64,000 nucleotides of DNA from Chitinophaga pinensis (GTDB taxonomy: Bacteria; Bacteroidota; Bacteroidia; UBA4408): NCBI GenBank assembly GCA_945861665.1, contig CAMAVS010000001.1, positions 146,403-210,402 of the forward strand, given 5' to 3'. The notes beneath the pieces are model-generated. The model saw only the letters and a program-made list of their open reading frames with translations. It did no database searches and was not told where the DNA came from. A program made the position numbers and the translations under genes. Within the stretch, counting starts at the first letter, position 1. Every line of letters starts with the position of its first letter. Shown here in pieces: positions 1 through 9,047 of this stretch.

Positions 1-2
1 AA

Positions 3-545
3 ATTCACAAGAGTATTGGCTATACCGACTATTCTTTAAAACAGTTTTTTAACACAGCCAAAAAAATGAAGTGGTATGAAAACACACTTTTTGTCTTGGT
101 AGCCGACCATACATCCATTTCCAAAAAAAGCTTTTATCAAAACAGAATGGGAAGCTATCAAATACCGATTGTATATTTCGCACCAGACAATAGCCTAGAT
201 TCAATTAATAAAACGATAACACAACAAATTGACATTACCCCTACACTATTGCATTTATTGAGCTACAACAAACCTTATTTTTGTTTTGGAAACAATGCCT
301 TAGATAGCAAAGCATCACATTACGCAGTAAACTATATTAACAATACATTTTATTATGTGAATAAAAATTATGCCCTGGAATTTGATGGAACAAAAACAAC
401 AGCTATTTATGATTTAAAAGCCGACAGTTTACTCCAACACAATCTGTACCCAATCATAGCAAAGGAAAGCAAAGAAAGCGAGAACAGATTAAAAGCACTC
501 ATTCAAACCTATAACAACAGAATCATCAACAACCGTTTGAAATGA
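3..545 (+). CDS. LTA synthase/sulfatase family protein, C-terminal part (5' end outside window)
   Basis: Frame is open from base 3 (IHKSIGYTDYSLKQFF...WYENTLFVLVADH), matching the LtaS/alkaline-phosphatase-superfamily C-terminus. The ATG at 66 is internal. Confidence 0.8.
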   Translation: MHKSIGYTDYSLKQFFNTAKKMKWYENTLFVLVADHTSISKKSFYQNRMGSYQIPIVYFAPDNSLDSINKTITQQIDITPTLLHLLSYNKPYFCFGNNALDSKASHYAVNYINNTFYYVNKNYALEFDGTKTTAIYDLKADSLLQHNLYPIIAKESKESENRLKALIQTYNNRIINNRLK

Positions 546-1429
546 AAAAAATTTGTTTCATTGTTAATCCTATTTCAGGAATAGGCAAGCCAAAAAAAAC
601 AGAATGGCTTGTTTCTAAACTTTTAGATACAAGTGTATTTGACTTTGAAATTATCTATACAAATGCTCGAGGCCATGCTACTGAATTAGCGAAAGATGCT
701 GCCATTAGAAATTATGACATCGTAGTTGCTGTTGGCGGTGATGGATCGGTTAATGAAGTGGCGAAAGGATTGATAGGCACCAATACAGCGATGGCATTAA
801 TACCCGCAGGTTCTGGAAATGGTTTTGCAAGACATATTAAAACTCCGATTGACATTGAAAATGCAATCGTATTACTCAACAACTACTCCATTGAAACTGT
901 TGACACCTGGAAATTAAATGAGCATTTTTTTCTAAACATCGCAGGAATAGGATTTGATGGGCACATTGCACACTTGTTTGAAAGCTATGGTAAAAGAGGC
1001 CTTTCGAGCTATGCTAAATTAATTTTCAATGAATTTAAAAAATACACTTGTAGTGATTATACCTTAGAAATAGATGGTAAAAAAATAATAGAACACAATG
1101 TGTTTTTGATGAGTATTTCAAACGCATCACAATACGGGAACAATGCCTATGTAAATAAAATGTCGAGCATACAGGATGGCATTGCAGAAATATGCGTTTT
1201 AAAAAAATTTCCACTTGGTGCAAGTCCACTTATTGCTTTAAAGATGTTTACAAATTCATTGGCAGCTTCAAAATATGCTACGAACTACAGTGGCAAAAAT
1301 ATTACAATTATTAAAGGCGATAATAAAACACACATAGATGGTGATGCTATTGAAACTGCGTCAACAATTAGTATTTCTTGTAATCCAAAATCCTTAAAAA
1401 TTGTAGTAGCGAAAAATACAAAGCTGTAG
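542..1429 (+). CDS. Diacylglycerol/lipid kinase family protein (YegS/DgkB-like)
   Basis: NPISG, GGDGSVNE and PAGSGNGFA motifs. ATGA overlap with the upstream gene. Confidence 0.9.
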   Translation: MKKICFIVNPISGIGKPKKTEWLVSKLLDTSVFDFEIIYTNARGHATELAKDAAIRNYDIVVAVGGDGSVNEVAKGLIGTNTAMALIPAGSGNGFARHIKTPIDIENAIVLLNNYSIETVDTWKLNEHFFLNIAGIGFDGHIAHLFESYGKRGLSSYAKLIFNEFKKYTCSDYTLEIDGKKIIEHNVFLMSISNASQYGNNAYVNKMSSIQDGIAEICVLKKFPLGASPLIALKMFTNSLAASKYATNYSGKNITIIKGDNKTHIDGDAIETASTISISCNPKSLKIVVAKNTKL

Positions 1430-1432
1430 ATT

Positions 1433-1951
1433 TTACAAATTCACTAACTGTGCCAACACCCTTTTTCCTCTCGCTAAAATTGCAGGAGAGCCGTGAGGAA
1501 GCATATCTTCAATTACCAACTTTATTTCATTTTTAAGTTCAGGCTCCTTCTTTGCAATATTATAAAGTACGCTCATAGCATAGGCTTGTTGTGCCACCTC
1601 TTCCTTATTCGACAGTAATATTTTAAAACATACATTTGCAGCTATACCCATAAACTCTTCGGGTAGCTCAATCAATTCAAGCACTTTTATGGAGTTTCTT
1701 TTTACGGCAGGATGCACAGGATTTTTTAAATTTTCTAATAATTGCTTTAAATAGGGCTGAATTAAAGCGGGAAAATATCCTACACAAGTACTCATAACCC
1801 AAGCAGAACGCTGTGACAACAGAGTGTCTTTACTGAAAAAAAGTTTCATTAATTGGTGAAACTTATTTTTATTATTACCAATATAATCGGCAATTTTTGT
1901 AGCTTGTTTTCGGAAGTGCTCTTTTAGTATTTCTTCTTTAATATCGAAGAT
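1433..1951 (-). CDS. Conserved Bacteroidota helical (HEAT/ARM-like) hypothetical protein; start codon uncertain
   Basis: ORF track starts at ATG 1849, but the frame stays open upstream to 1951 (IFDIKEEILKEHFRKQATKIADYIGNN) with no ATG/GTG/TTG. Confidence 0.6.
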   Translation of the reverse strand: MFDIKEEILKEHFRKQATKIADYIGNNKNKFHQLMKLFFSKDTLLSQRSAWVMSTCVGYFPALIQPYLKQLLENLKNPVHPAVKRNSIKVLELIELPEEFMGIAANVCFKILLSNKEEVAQQAYAMSVLYNIAKKEPELKNEIKLVIEDMLPHGSPAILARGKRVLAQLVNL

Positions 1952-1962
1952 TCAGGGACAAC

Positions 1963-2424
1963 TTAAAGTGCTTTTTCCTTTCTCATCAAAACCGAAAATA
2001 AAGCAGCCAAGAATGTCCCCATCAGTGTTGTTGCGGCCGATAGAAAAAAGCACATTTGAATAAGTCCGCCAATACTTTTTGCTTTTTTAATATCCTCGGG
2101 CTTAGGAGTAGGTAATTGTTTCAATATCCAATCGGGATTAAGCCACTTGCAAAAAATAAAACAAAACAAGCTGGTGATAAGTGCTGAAATCACGACTGTA
2201 ATGATACCGCTTCGCCACGCCAATTTAAAAGTAATCGCACCATTCATTTCTCTTTCTCTAGTATAAAATATGGATAAGACTATGCAAACAGTAAATACCA
2301 TCAGGCCCAAATACTCTGTATACTTACCCTCCGGCCTATCGTGTAAACCGAGGTAAAACTCTGCTATCATCCATAATCCGGAAAAGAGTCCGGAAATTAT
2401 TCCGAATTTTTGAGCTGACTTCAT
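1963..2424 (-). CDS. DUF4199-like membrane protein
   Basis: Four hydrophobic segments; K.GI..GL N-terminus and F..AW..G pattern typical of Bacteroidota DUF4199. Confidence 0.65.
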   Translation of the reverse strand: MKSAQKFGIISGLFSGLWMIAEFYLGLHDRPEGKYTEYLGLMVFTVCIVLSIFYTREREMNGAITFKLAWRSGIITVVISALITSLFCFIFCKWLNPDWILKQLPTPKPEDIKKAKSIGGLIQMCFFLSAATTLMGTFLAALFSVLMRKEKAL

Positions 2425-2425
2425 A

Positions 2426-4114
2426 TTATCCGTTCATTGAAATTAAGAACTCTTCGTTCGATTGTGTATTTTTCATTCTATCGCGTAAAAACTCCATAGC
2501 TTCTACAGGATTCATATCAGCTAAATGCTTACGCAATATCCACAAGCGTTGTAATTGATCCTTATCCAACAATAAATCATCTCTGCGGGTACTAGATGCA
2601 ACAATATCGATAGCAGGGAAAATTCTTTTGTTAGATAATTTTCTGTCCAATTGTAATTCCATATTACCTGTTCCTTTAAACTCTTCAAAAATAACCTCAT
2701 CCATTTTCGAACCTGTTTCAGTAAGGGCTGTTGCAAGAATAGTAAGTGAACCACCATTTTCTATTTTACGTGCTGCACCAAAAAAGCGTTTTGGTTTGTG
2801 CAATGCGTTGGCATCAACACCACCCGACAATACTTTTCCGGAAGCAGGTTGTACAGTGTTATAAGCACGTGCCAAACGTGTAATTGAATCTAACAATATA
2901 CACACATCGTGACCACACTCCACCATTCGTTTTGCTTTTTCAAGAACAAGATTTGCAATTTTAACGTGTCTATCAGCGGGCTCATCAAAAGTAGATGAAA
3001 CAACTTCAGCCTTCACATTTCTTGACATTTCTGTTACCTCTTCCGGACGTTCATCTATCAACAATATTATTAAATAAACCTCAGGGTGATTTGCAGCAAT
3101 TGCATTTGCAACTTCTTGCAATAACAAGGTCTTACCTGTTTTTGGTTGCGCCACAATTAAACCTCTTTGTCCTTTACCAATAGGAGTAAACATATCCATA
3201 ATACGAGTAGATAAACTACTCATCGGTTTATTTCCAGTAAGATTAAATTTTTGGTATGGAAATAATGGAGTTAAGTAATCGAAAGGAACTCTATCGCGTA
3301 CAAAAGAAGGTTCGCGTCCATTTATTTTTTCCACTTTTACTAAAGGAAAATATTTCTCACCTTCTTTGGGAGGACGGACTGTTCCGGTAACAGTATCGCC
3401 TGTTTTTAAACCAAACAACTTTATTTGCGATTGTGATACATAAATATCATCGGGTGAATTAAGGTAATTATAATCGGATGAACGTAAAAAACCGTAACCA
3501 TCGGGCATACTTTCCAACACACCTTCGGCATTTATCGATGTATCAAAACTGTATACAGGTTCAGGCTTTTTTTCGTATGGATTTTTGTATTTGGGTGGCT
3601 GAACACCAATGTCTTTTTTATCACCTTGCTGAATTTGCTCATCTGTTGTTTGTTCCTTAGTTATTTCAGACGACCGCTGTTCAACCGGAGCACTCTCTGC
3701 ATTCGGTTGATTTACTTGTTCATTTGAAACAACTTCCTTTTCCTCTATATTGTTGATATTTTCAAACAAGGTAGGTGTTTCAATTCCTACAGTTGCATCT
3801 TGCTGTTCAGCAATATTTGCAATTATTTCATTTTCGGAAGCAGTCGCAACGTCCTCAATTATTGGAGCCTGTTCAGCAGAAACATCTTTTGGCTTTCTCG
3901 GACGCAATATTCGGTTTGGTTTACTCTCAACTTTGTAAGGGTGGGATTCATTAATGCCATTTTCTATTTTAGAATTATCGGTAGAATTCAACTCAAGTAT
4001 TTTATTAATAAGATCTTGTTTTTTTAAGGCTTCGTAATTTTCGATGTTAAGTTGCCTCGCAATTTCTTTAAGTTCGCCAACAAGTTTGTTGTTCAAGTCT
4101 GGATTCTCGTACAT
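2426..4114 (-). CDS. rho: Transcription termination factor Rho with long N-terminal insertion
   Basis: Rho_N ([12 protein letters not shown]), DGYGFLR RNA-binding motif, P-loop [25 protein letters not shown]. Confidence 0.98.
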   Translation of the reverse strand: MYENPDLNNKLVGELKEIARQLNIENYEALKKQDLINKILELNSTDNSKIENGINESHPYKVESKPNRILRPRKPKDVSAEQAPIIEDVATASENEIIANIAEQQDATVGIETPTLFENINNIEEKEVVSNEQVNQPNAESAPVEQRSSEITKEQTTDEQIQQGDKKDIGVQPPKYKNPYEKKPEPVYSFDTSINAEGVLESMPDGYGFLRSSDYNYLNSPDDIYVSQSQIKLFGLKTGDTVTGTVRPPKEGEKYFPLVKVEKINGREPSFVRDRVPFDYLTPLFPYQKFNLTGNKPMSSLSTRIMDMFTPIGKGQRGLIVAQPKTGKTLLLQEVANAIAANHPEVYLIILLIDERPEEVTEMSRNVKAEVVSSTFDEPADRHVKIANLVLEKAKRMVECGHDVCILLDSITRLARAYNTVQPASGKVLSGGVDANALHKPKRFFGAARKIENGGSLTILATALTETGSKMDEVIFEEFKGTGNMELQLDRKLSNKRIFPAIDIVASSTRRDDLLLDKDQLQRLWILRKHLADMNPVEAMEFLRDRMKNTQSNEEFLISMNG

Positions 4115-4321
4115 TAATTGATTTTTAAGTTAATAATTGAATAAAATAATAGAGGTTAAAAATAGTTTTTTTGGGGAAAGATTTAAAATAAACAGAACTA
4201 GTACTAGTTAATTGAAACAATCAGAATTGATTGCACTGCAATAATACAAATAATTTACTTAATACAAAAACTTTTAAAAGAATTGTGTTACTGTTTTTTG
4301 CAATAATTGAAACATAGATGC

Positions 4322-4600
4322 TTAAATTGTTACTGTTTGATTTAAATAAGGAATAGTGGCATCCCAACCATATACTTCCTTTATTTTATCATTCAACCCG
4401 ATTGAACTGTTCTTCTCTCCGTGTACAATAAAAATTTGTGATGGCTTAGAATCAAGGTTAGAAAGCCATTCTATAAGTCCTTTATGATCAGCGTGTGAAG
4501 ACAATCCTTCGATATTTTCAACTTTAGCCTTTACTTTATAAAATTTACCATACAGCCTAATTTCCTCTGCCCCTGAGAGTAATGCCATACCCCTGCGACT
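4322..4600 (-). pseudogene. 3' fragment of an MBL-fold beta-CASP/RMMBL nuclease gene
   Basis: RGMALLSGAEEIRLYGKFYKVKAKVENIEGLSSHAD...VHGE is the beta-CASP C-terminus. No HxHxDH domain is present, and upstream codons to 4750 look unrelated. Confidence 0.8.
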
Positions 4601-4735
4601 ATATAAAGAAATAAAGATTGCAGTACTTCCTCTTCCCTGAAGGATTAAGGTATAATAAGGGAAGTGACACCGTTCGAACCACAAAATACAATTCGGTATT
4701 TTTATGGTTAGCACTCCAACGGCAGAATTTGGAGC

Positions 4736-4777
4736 AAAAAAATGCGGCATACCAAGTTTAAATCTTGACTATGCCGC
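4736..4777 (-). terminator. Intrinsic terminator of tRNA-Met
   Basis: GCGGCATA (4744-4751)/TATGCCGC (4770-4777) stem with inner CAAG/CTTG, followed by a 7-T run on the minus strand. Confidence 0.8.
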
Positions 4778-4779
4778 TT

Positions 4780-4856
4780 TGGTAGCGGAGACGGGAGTTG
4801 AACCCGTGACCTCAGGGTTATGAATCCTGCGCTCTAACCATCTGAGCTACCCCGCC
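4780..4856 (-). tRNA. tRNA-Met (CAT), elongator type, CCA encoded
   Basis: Reverse complement is GGCGGGGTAGCTCAGATGGTTAGAGCGCAGGATTCATAACCCTGAGGTCACGGGTTCAACTCCCGTCTCCGCTACCA; full cloverleaf with paired first base pair (not initiator). Confidence 0.95.
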
Positions 4857-4874
4857 ATTTTGTGTTTTGGGTCG

Positions 4875-4882
4875 CAAATATA
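4875..4882 (-). promoter_or_regulatory. Bacteroidota sigma70 -7 element for tRNA-Met
   Basis: TATATTTG on the minus strand just upstream of the tRNA; matches TAnnTTTG. Confidence 0.7.
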
Positions 4883-5016
4883 GTATATTATAATTTATTT
4901 TTTTGCACCCAAACAAAGTGAAATCGTAAAATATGTTAAGAAAAATCCTATAATTTGCTTTTTTTAAACAAATATATTTATATTGCAAGCGTAAAACACA
5001 TTCTCATAAAAATACA

Positions 5017-6090
5017 ATGGCAAAAAAAAATATTAAAGCAGTAAAAACAAAAGTTTCTGTTTCCAAAAAGAATACTGCGAAAAAAGTTGTTAAAAAAGCC
5101 GCTCCGGTAAAGAAAAAAGTAGCTCCTAAAAGAATTGTAAAGAAAGCCGCTCCGGTAAAGAAAAAAGTAGCTCCTAAAAGAATTGTAAAGAAAGCAGCAA
5201 CGGTGAAAAAAAAAGCTATTTCTAAGTCTTTAAAAAAGATTGTATCAAAAAAAATTATTAAAAAAATAGCTACTAAAAGGACGAATAAACGAATAAAAAA
5301 AACAAGTCCTAAAAAAGCAATAGTAAAACCTGTAATAAAAAAATTATTACTAAAAGTAAATACAAAAAAGGAAGTTGCACCAAAGAAAGTAGTTAAACAA
5401 CCTATTCTGCAAACTACTACAGTTAAAAAAGCACTAGAAAAAGAAACACCTAAAAGCATTCCACCTACTACAAACAAAGTAAAACCGGGTTCCCCTAAAA
5501 GAGGCAGAAAAAAGAAAAACAAAGACGATGAGGAGGACGGTTTTGACACAGATCCTGCTATTGAACTGGAAATTGAAATGCTAAGGGCAAAAAAAAGAAA
5601 AAAGAATGATGGACCAAAAATAATAAGAACACCACTTGTTATTCACCTGGGTTTAGAAGATAAAGAAATTGATTATGCTAAATTAGTTAAGAACACATCG
5701 GCTCCAAAAGGAAAGCTTAGGAAATTTGAACTAGAATTTACGATTAACGCATCCATAAAATTTTTATTCCCATTTTTCCTTACCCCAAGTGAGTTAGCCG
5801 ACTGGTTTGCTGACGATGTAGATATCAAAGGAGACCAATACACATTCTTCTGGGATGGCAGCAAACAAGTAGCTAAATTGGTTGCAAAAAAAGAAAATCA
5901 CTTTGTTCGATTTAAGTGGATTGATGAGCCCGACAATACCTATTTTGAATTTAGGTTGGAAGTTGACGAAATTACAAAGGATGTTGCCTTGATTATTTCT
6001 GATTTTGCGGAAGATCAAGAATCACGCGAAGCATCCACATTACTTTGGAATAACCAAGTACAAAAATTAATGCACGTAATTGGTGCATAA
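5017..6090 (+). CDS. Histone H1-like Lys/Ala/Pro-rich region fused to C-terminal START-like (SRPBCC) domain
   Basis: 48 Lys in the first 128 aa by my count. C-terminal FELEFTINAS...TPSELADWFADDV...FFWDGS...VRFKW matches the Bacteroidota START-like domain. Single uninterrupted ORF. Confidence 0.8.
   Translation: MAKKNIKAVKTKVSVSKKNTAKKVVKKAAPVKKKVAPKRIVKKAAPVKKKVAPKRIVKKAATVKKKAISKSLKKIVSKKIIKKIATKRTNKRIKKTSPKKAIVKPVIKKLLLKVNTKKEVAPKKVVKQPILQTTTVKKALEKETPKSIPPTTNKVKPGSPKRGRKKKNKDDEEDGFDTDPAIELEIEMLRAKKRKKNDGPKIIRTPLVIHLGLEDKEIDYAKLVKNTSAPKGKLRKFELEFTINASIKFLFPFFLTPSELADWFADDVDIKGDQYTFFWDGSKQVAKLVAKKENHFVRFKWIDEPDNTYFEFRLEVDEITKDVALIISDFAEDQESREASTLLWNNQVQKLMHVIGA
5095..5217 (+). repeat. 48-bp tandem repeat, about 2.5 copies (KAAPVKKKVAPKRIVK)
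   Basis: 5095-5142 and 5143-5190 are identical; a diverged partial third copy starts at 5191. Confidence 0.95.
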
Positions 6091-6104
6091 AAAGCAATAG
6101 TGCT

Positions 6105-7541
6105 TTGAAAAAAATCACAAAGCTTGTTTTAAAATCTTACTTAGGACCATTTATCAGCACCTTCGTTATTGTACTGTTCATACTTGTTATGCAATTTGTA
6201 TGGAAATACGTTGACGACTTTGTTGGAAAGGGGCTTGAGATGAAATTGCTTGGAGAACTTTTATGCTTTGCTGCTGTAAGTTTTGTTCCCCTGGCATTGC
6301 CACTAGCAATTCTACTTTCATCTATTATGACTTTCGGGAATTTAGGAGAACGCTATGAATTAACTGCACTTAAATCATCGGGGGTATCCTTACAGCGCAT
6401 TATGAGGCCACTAATTATAACGAGTGCTATAATTAGCGTATTAGCTTTTTTGTTTTCAAACTATGTTTCACCTATTGCCAACCTAAAAATGGGCACTTTA
6501 CTTTTTGATATTCGTGAACAAAAACCGGCATTTGATTTAAAGGAAGGTGTATTTTATAATGGCATCGACAACTATATAATTCGTGTTGAGAACAAAGAAG
6601 CGGATGGACAAACCGTAAAAAACATAATGATATACGACCACAGAAACAGAGATGGCTCAACGGATTTAACAATGGCACAAAGTGGAAAACTTGAAATGTC
6701 GGAAGACAAAAACACAATGCATATAAATTTGTATGAGGGAAGTCAATACAAAGAAATAAAATCAGAAGGCCAACGAAAATCGGTTTACCCTTTTCAACGA
6801 CAACGTTTTAAAAGTATGTTCATTGATATTGACATGAGCGGATTTAACCTCAGCCGCTCAAAAGAAGAACTATTTAAAGACAATTATCAAATGCTGAATA
6901 TTAAACAATTGTCGGCTGAAATTGACACACAAAATACAAAATCGGCTGAAATAAAAGAAGGTTTTAAAAAGCAGGTTATTAAAAATATGAATTTCGAAAA
7001 AAAAATTATTGTTAACACCAACAATAAAAACACAACACAGTTGGTACACAAAAAAAACTTCCTTAAAAATTTTACCAAAATAGAAATGCTAAGGATAATA
7101 GAAACTGCAACAAATATTTCACGTAGTAATAAATCGTATATTGAATCATCCGTGAATATGTTAGAAGGAATGCAAAATAGTACCAATAAGTATGAGATTG
7201 AATGGCACAAAAAAATTGCACTTTCATTTGCTTGCTTCTTGTTATTTTTCATTGGAGCACCATTAGGCGCTATTATTCGTAAAGGAGGACTTGGTATGCC
7301 AGTTGTTGTTTCAGTTCTATTCTTTTTATTGTTTCACGTACTTTCCATATCAGGCGAAAAAATGGCAAATGAAGGTGCACTTCCATTATGGCAAGGGGTA
7401 TGGCTGGCTTCAGCAATCATATTACCAATCGGTATATTTTTAACTTACAAAGCAACGCGCGATTCATCTTTATTTGACTTTGAAAGTTATATTGCCCCAA
7501 TTAAAAAGCTATTTAGCAAAAAAAATGTGTCTACAACCTAA
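6105..7541 (+). CDS. LptF/LptG family LPS export permease
   Basis: PLALPLAILLSSIMTFGNLGERYELTALKSSGVSL and IGAPLGAIIRKGG motifs; TTG start. Confidence 0.92.
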   Translation: MKKITKLVLKSYLGPFISTFVIVLFILVMQFVWKYVDDFVGKGLEMKLLGELLCFAAVSFVPLALPLAILLSSIMTFGNLGERYELTALKSSGVSLQRIMRPLIITSAIISVLAFLFSNYVSPIANLKMGTLLFDIREQKPAFDLKEGVFYNGIDNYIIRVENKEADGQTVKNIMIYDHRNRDGSTDLTMAQSGKLEMSEDKNTMHINLYEGSQYKEIKSEGQRKSVYPFQRQRFKSMFIDIDMSGFNLSRSKEELFKDNYQMLNIKQLSAEIDTQNTKSAEIKEGFKKQVIKNMNFEKKIIVNTNNKNTTQLVHKKNFLKNFTKIEMLRIIETATNISRSNKSYIESSVNMLEGMQNSTNKYEIEWHKKIALSFACFLLFFIGAPLGAIIRKGGLGMPVVVSVLFFLLFHVLSISGEKMANEGALPLWQGVWLASAIILPIGIFLTYKATRDSSLFDFESYIAPIKKLFSKKNVSTT

Positions 7542-7577
7542 TCCTACTGTTCAATTTTTTCCAAAAATATAATAAAA

Positions 7578-8753
7578 GTGAAGCTGCTCATTATTTTATC
7601 GCGTGTACCCTACCCTCTTGAAAAAGGAGATAAATTGAGAGCATTTCATCAACTAAAACATCTTGCTGAGAAGCATGAAGTAAGCTTAGTTTGTTTAAAT
7701 GACGTTGATTTACACCCTGAAGCAAAAGAAGTATTAAACAAAATTTGCTCTGAAGTACACATTGTTCAACTCGGTAAATTCCAAATTGCTTTCAATTTAT
7801 TAAAAGGACTATTTTCTATAAAACCCTTTCAAGTATGCTATTTTTATTCTAAAAGAGCTCAATTATTAATTGACTCACTTATTCAAAAACAGCAGCCTGA
7901 ACATATTTACTGTCAGCTAATACGCACCACAGAATATGTTAAAAAGCATACGCAAATTTCAAAAACTCTCGACTATATGGATGCTCTGTCAAAGGGTATT
8001 GAACGTAGAATTTACAAGGCGAACTGGCTTTTTAAGCAAATCCTTAGATTGGAATACAAGCGACTTTACTACTATGAACAATATATATTTCCATTTTTCA
8101 CTAACAAAACCATTATTTCGCAACAGGATAGGGAATTGATTAACCATCCTCAAAAAAATAGCATTGAAATTATTGCGAATGGGGTTGATGCATCTTTTTT
8201 AAACTACCCAAATAAAGAGGAGAAAAAATATGATTTACTTTTTAGTGGAAATATGTCCTATCCGCCCAATGTTGAAAGTGCAATTTACATTGTAGAAGAA
8301 ATACTTCCACTCGTAAAAAAACAAATTCCGAATATTCATTTAATGATTGCAGGAACAAGCCCTACAAGTAAAATAATGGCATTGCGTTCAGATACTGTTC
8401 TGGTAAGTGGATGGGTAAAGAATATAAAGGAAATTTATGCAAATTCAAAAATTGTAATTGCACCTATGCAAACAGGTACCGGGTTACAAAACAAACTATT
8501 GGAAGCAATGGCAATGAGTATACCCTGTATAAGTTCTGCAATGGCTAATAATGCTTTAAAGGCTCGTCACAATGAAAGTATTTTGGTAGCTGAAACACCT
8601 ACCGAATATGCCGACTTTATTGTTGAATTAATGAACAATAAAAAAAAGGCAAACGATATCGGAAAAAATGGCAAAAACTTTGTTTCAATTAACTATGGAT
8701 GGAATACTATGAACACCAAGTTAGAGAATATAATGAGACAATCCCAACGATAG
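7578..8753 (+). CDS. Glycosyltransferase family 4 (GT-B)
   Basis: SRVPYPLEKGDKLR N-terminus; FSGNMSYPPN and GTGLQNKLLEAMAM C-terminal GT4 motif. Confidence 0.88.
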   Translation: MKLLIILSRVPYPLEKGDKLRAFHQLKHLAEKHEVSLVCLNDVDLHPEAKEVLNKICSEVHIVQLGKFQIAFNLLKGLFSIKPFQVCYFYSKRAQLLIDSLIQKQQPEHIYCQLIRTTEYVKKHTQISKTLDYMDALSKGIERRIYKANWLFKQILRLEYKRLYYYEQYIFPFFTNKTIISQQDRELINHPQKNSIEIIANGVDASFLNYPNKEEKKYDLLFSGNMSYPPNVESAIYIVEEILPLVKKQIPNIHLMIAGTSPTSKIMALRSDTVLVSGWVKNIKEIYANSKIVIAPMQTGTGLQNKLLEAMAMSIPCISSAMANNALKARHNESILVAETPTEYADFIVELMNNKKKANDIGKNGKNFVSINYGWNTMNTKLENIMRQSQR

Positions 8754-8778
8754 TTAATACAATTAAAGTATATTTCCC

Positions 8779-8907
8779 TTACTCCTCGACAGGTTCTTTC
8801 TCTTCTATAATAAAATCAACAGGTAAAAAAACCAAGGCTACTAAAACCAATAAAACCAATAACATGGCTACAATCAATAAAGTGCTTAAGTGTTGAATAA
8901 TTTCCAT
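8779..8907 (-). CDS. Possible 42-aa single-pass membrane small protein
   Basis: MEIIQHLSTLLIVAMLLVLLVLVALVFLPVDFIIEEKEPVEE*; below the ORF-track length cutoff; no recognised family. Confidence 0.35.
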   Translation of the reverse strand: MEIIQHLSTLLIVAMLLVLLVLVALVFLPVDFIIEEKEPVEE

Positions 8908-9047
8908 TGTTTTTTTTACAAAGAAAAGACACTATCATTAACCCAGTGAAAAGAAGGCGTTACGAAAATATTATTTGCGTCAAATAAAACTTCAGGTAAG
9001 CGGAATGTAATTTACAACCACATAACATTGCGTTTATCTAAGCATCC

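Noticed and set aside
4196-4209. Perfect palindrome AACTAGTACTAGTT upstream of rho, partly echoed at 40750-40759 before trxB
   Set aside because: AT-rich and short, at different positions relative to the promoters, and no known motif to support it.
4601-4750. N-terminal part (MPHFFAP...) of the 4322-4750 ORF
   Set aside because: It starts inside the tRNA terminator hairpin and shows no resemblance to beta-CASP sequence; a chance open frame.
4780-4856. Integrated prophage or ICE at tRNA-Met or tRNA-Lys
   Set aside because: No integrase, and I found no duplicated tRNA 3' end (att site) in the window. Only small relics remain.
5095-5217. 48-bp direct repeats as a possible CRISPR array
   Set aside because: No spacers, in-frame within a CDS, and no cas genes.
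5004-5549. 181-aa Phe-rich minus-strand ORF resembling a membrane protein
   Set aside because: It is the antisense shadow of the Lys-rich (AAA/AAG) region.
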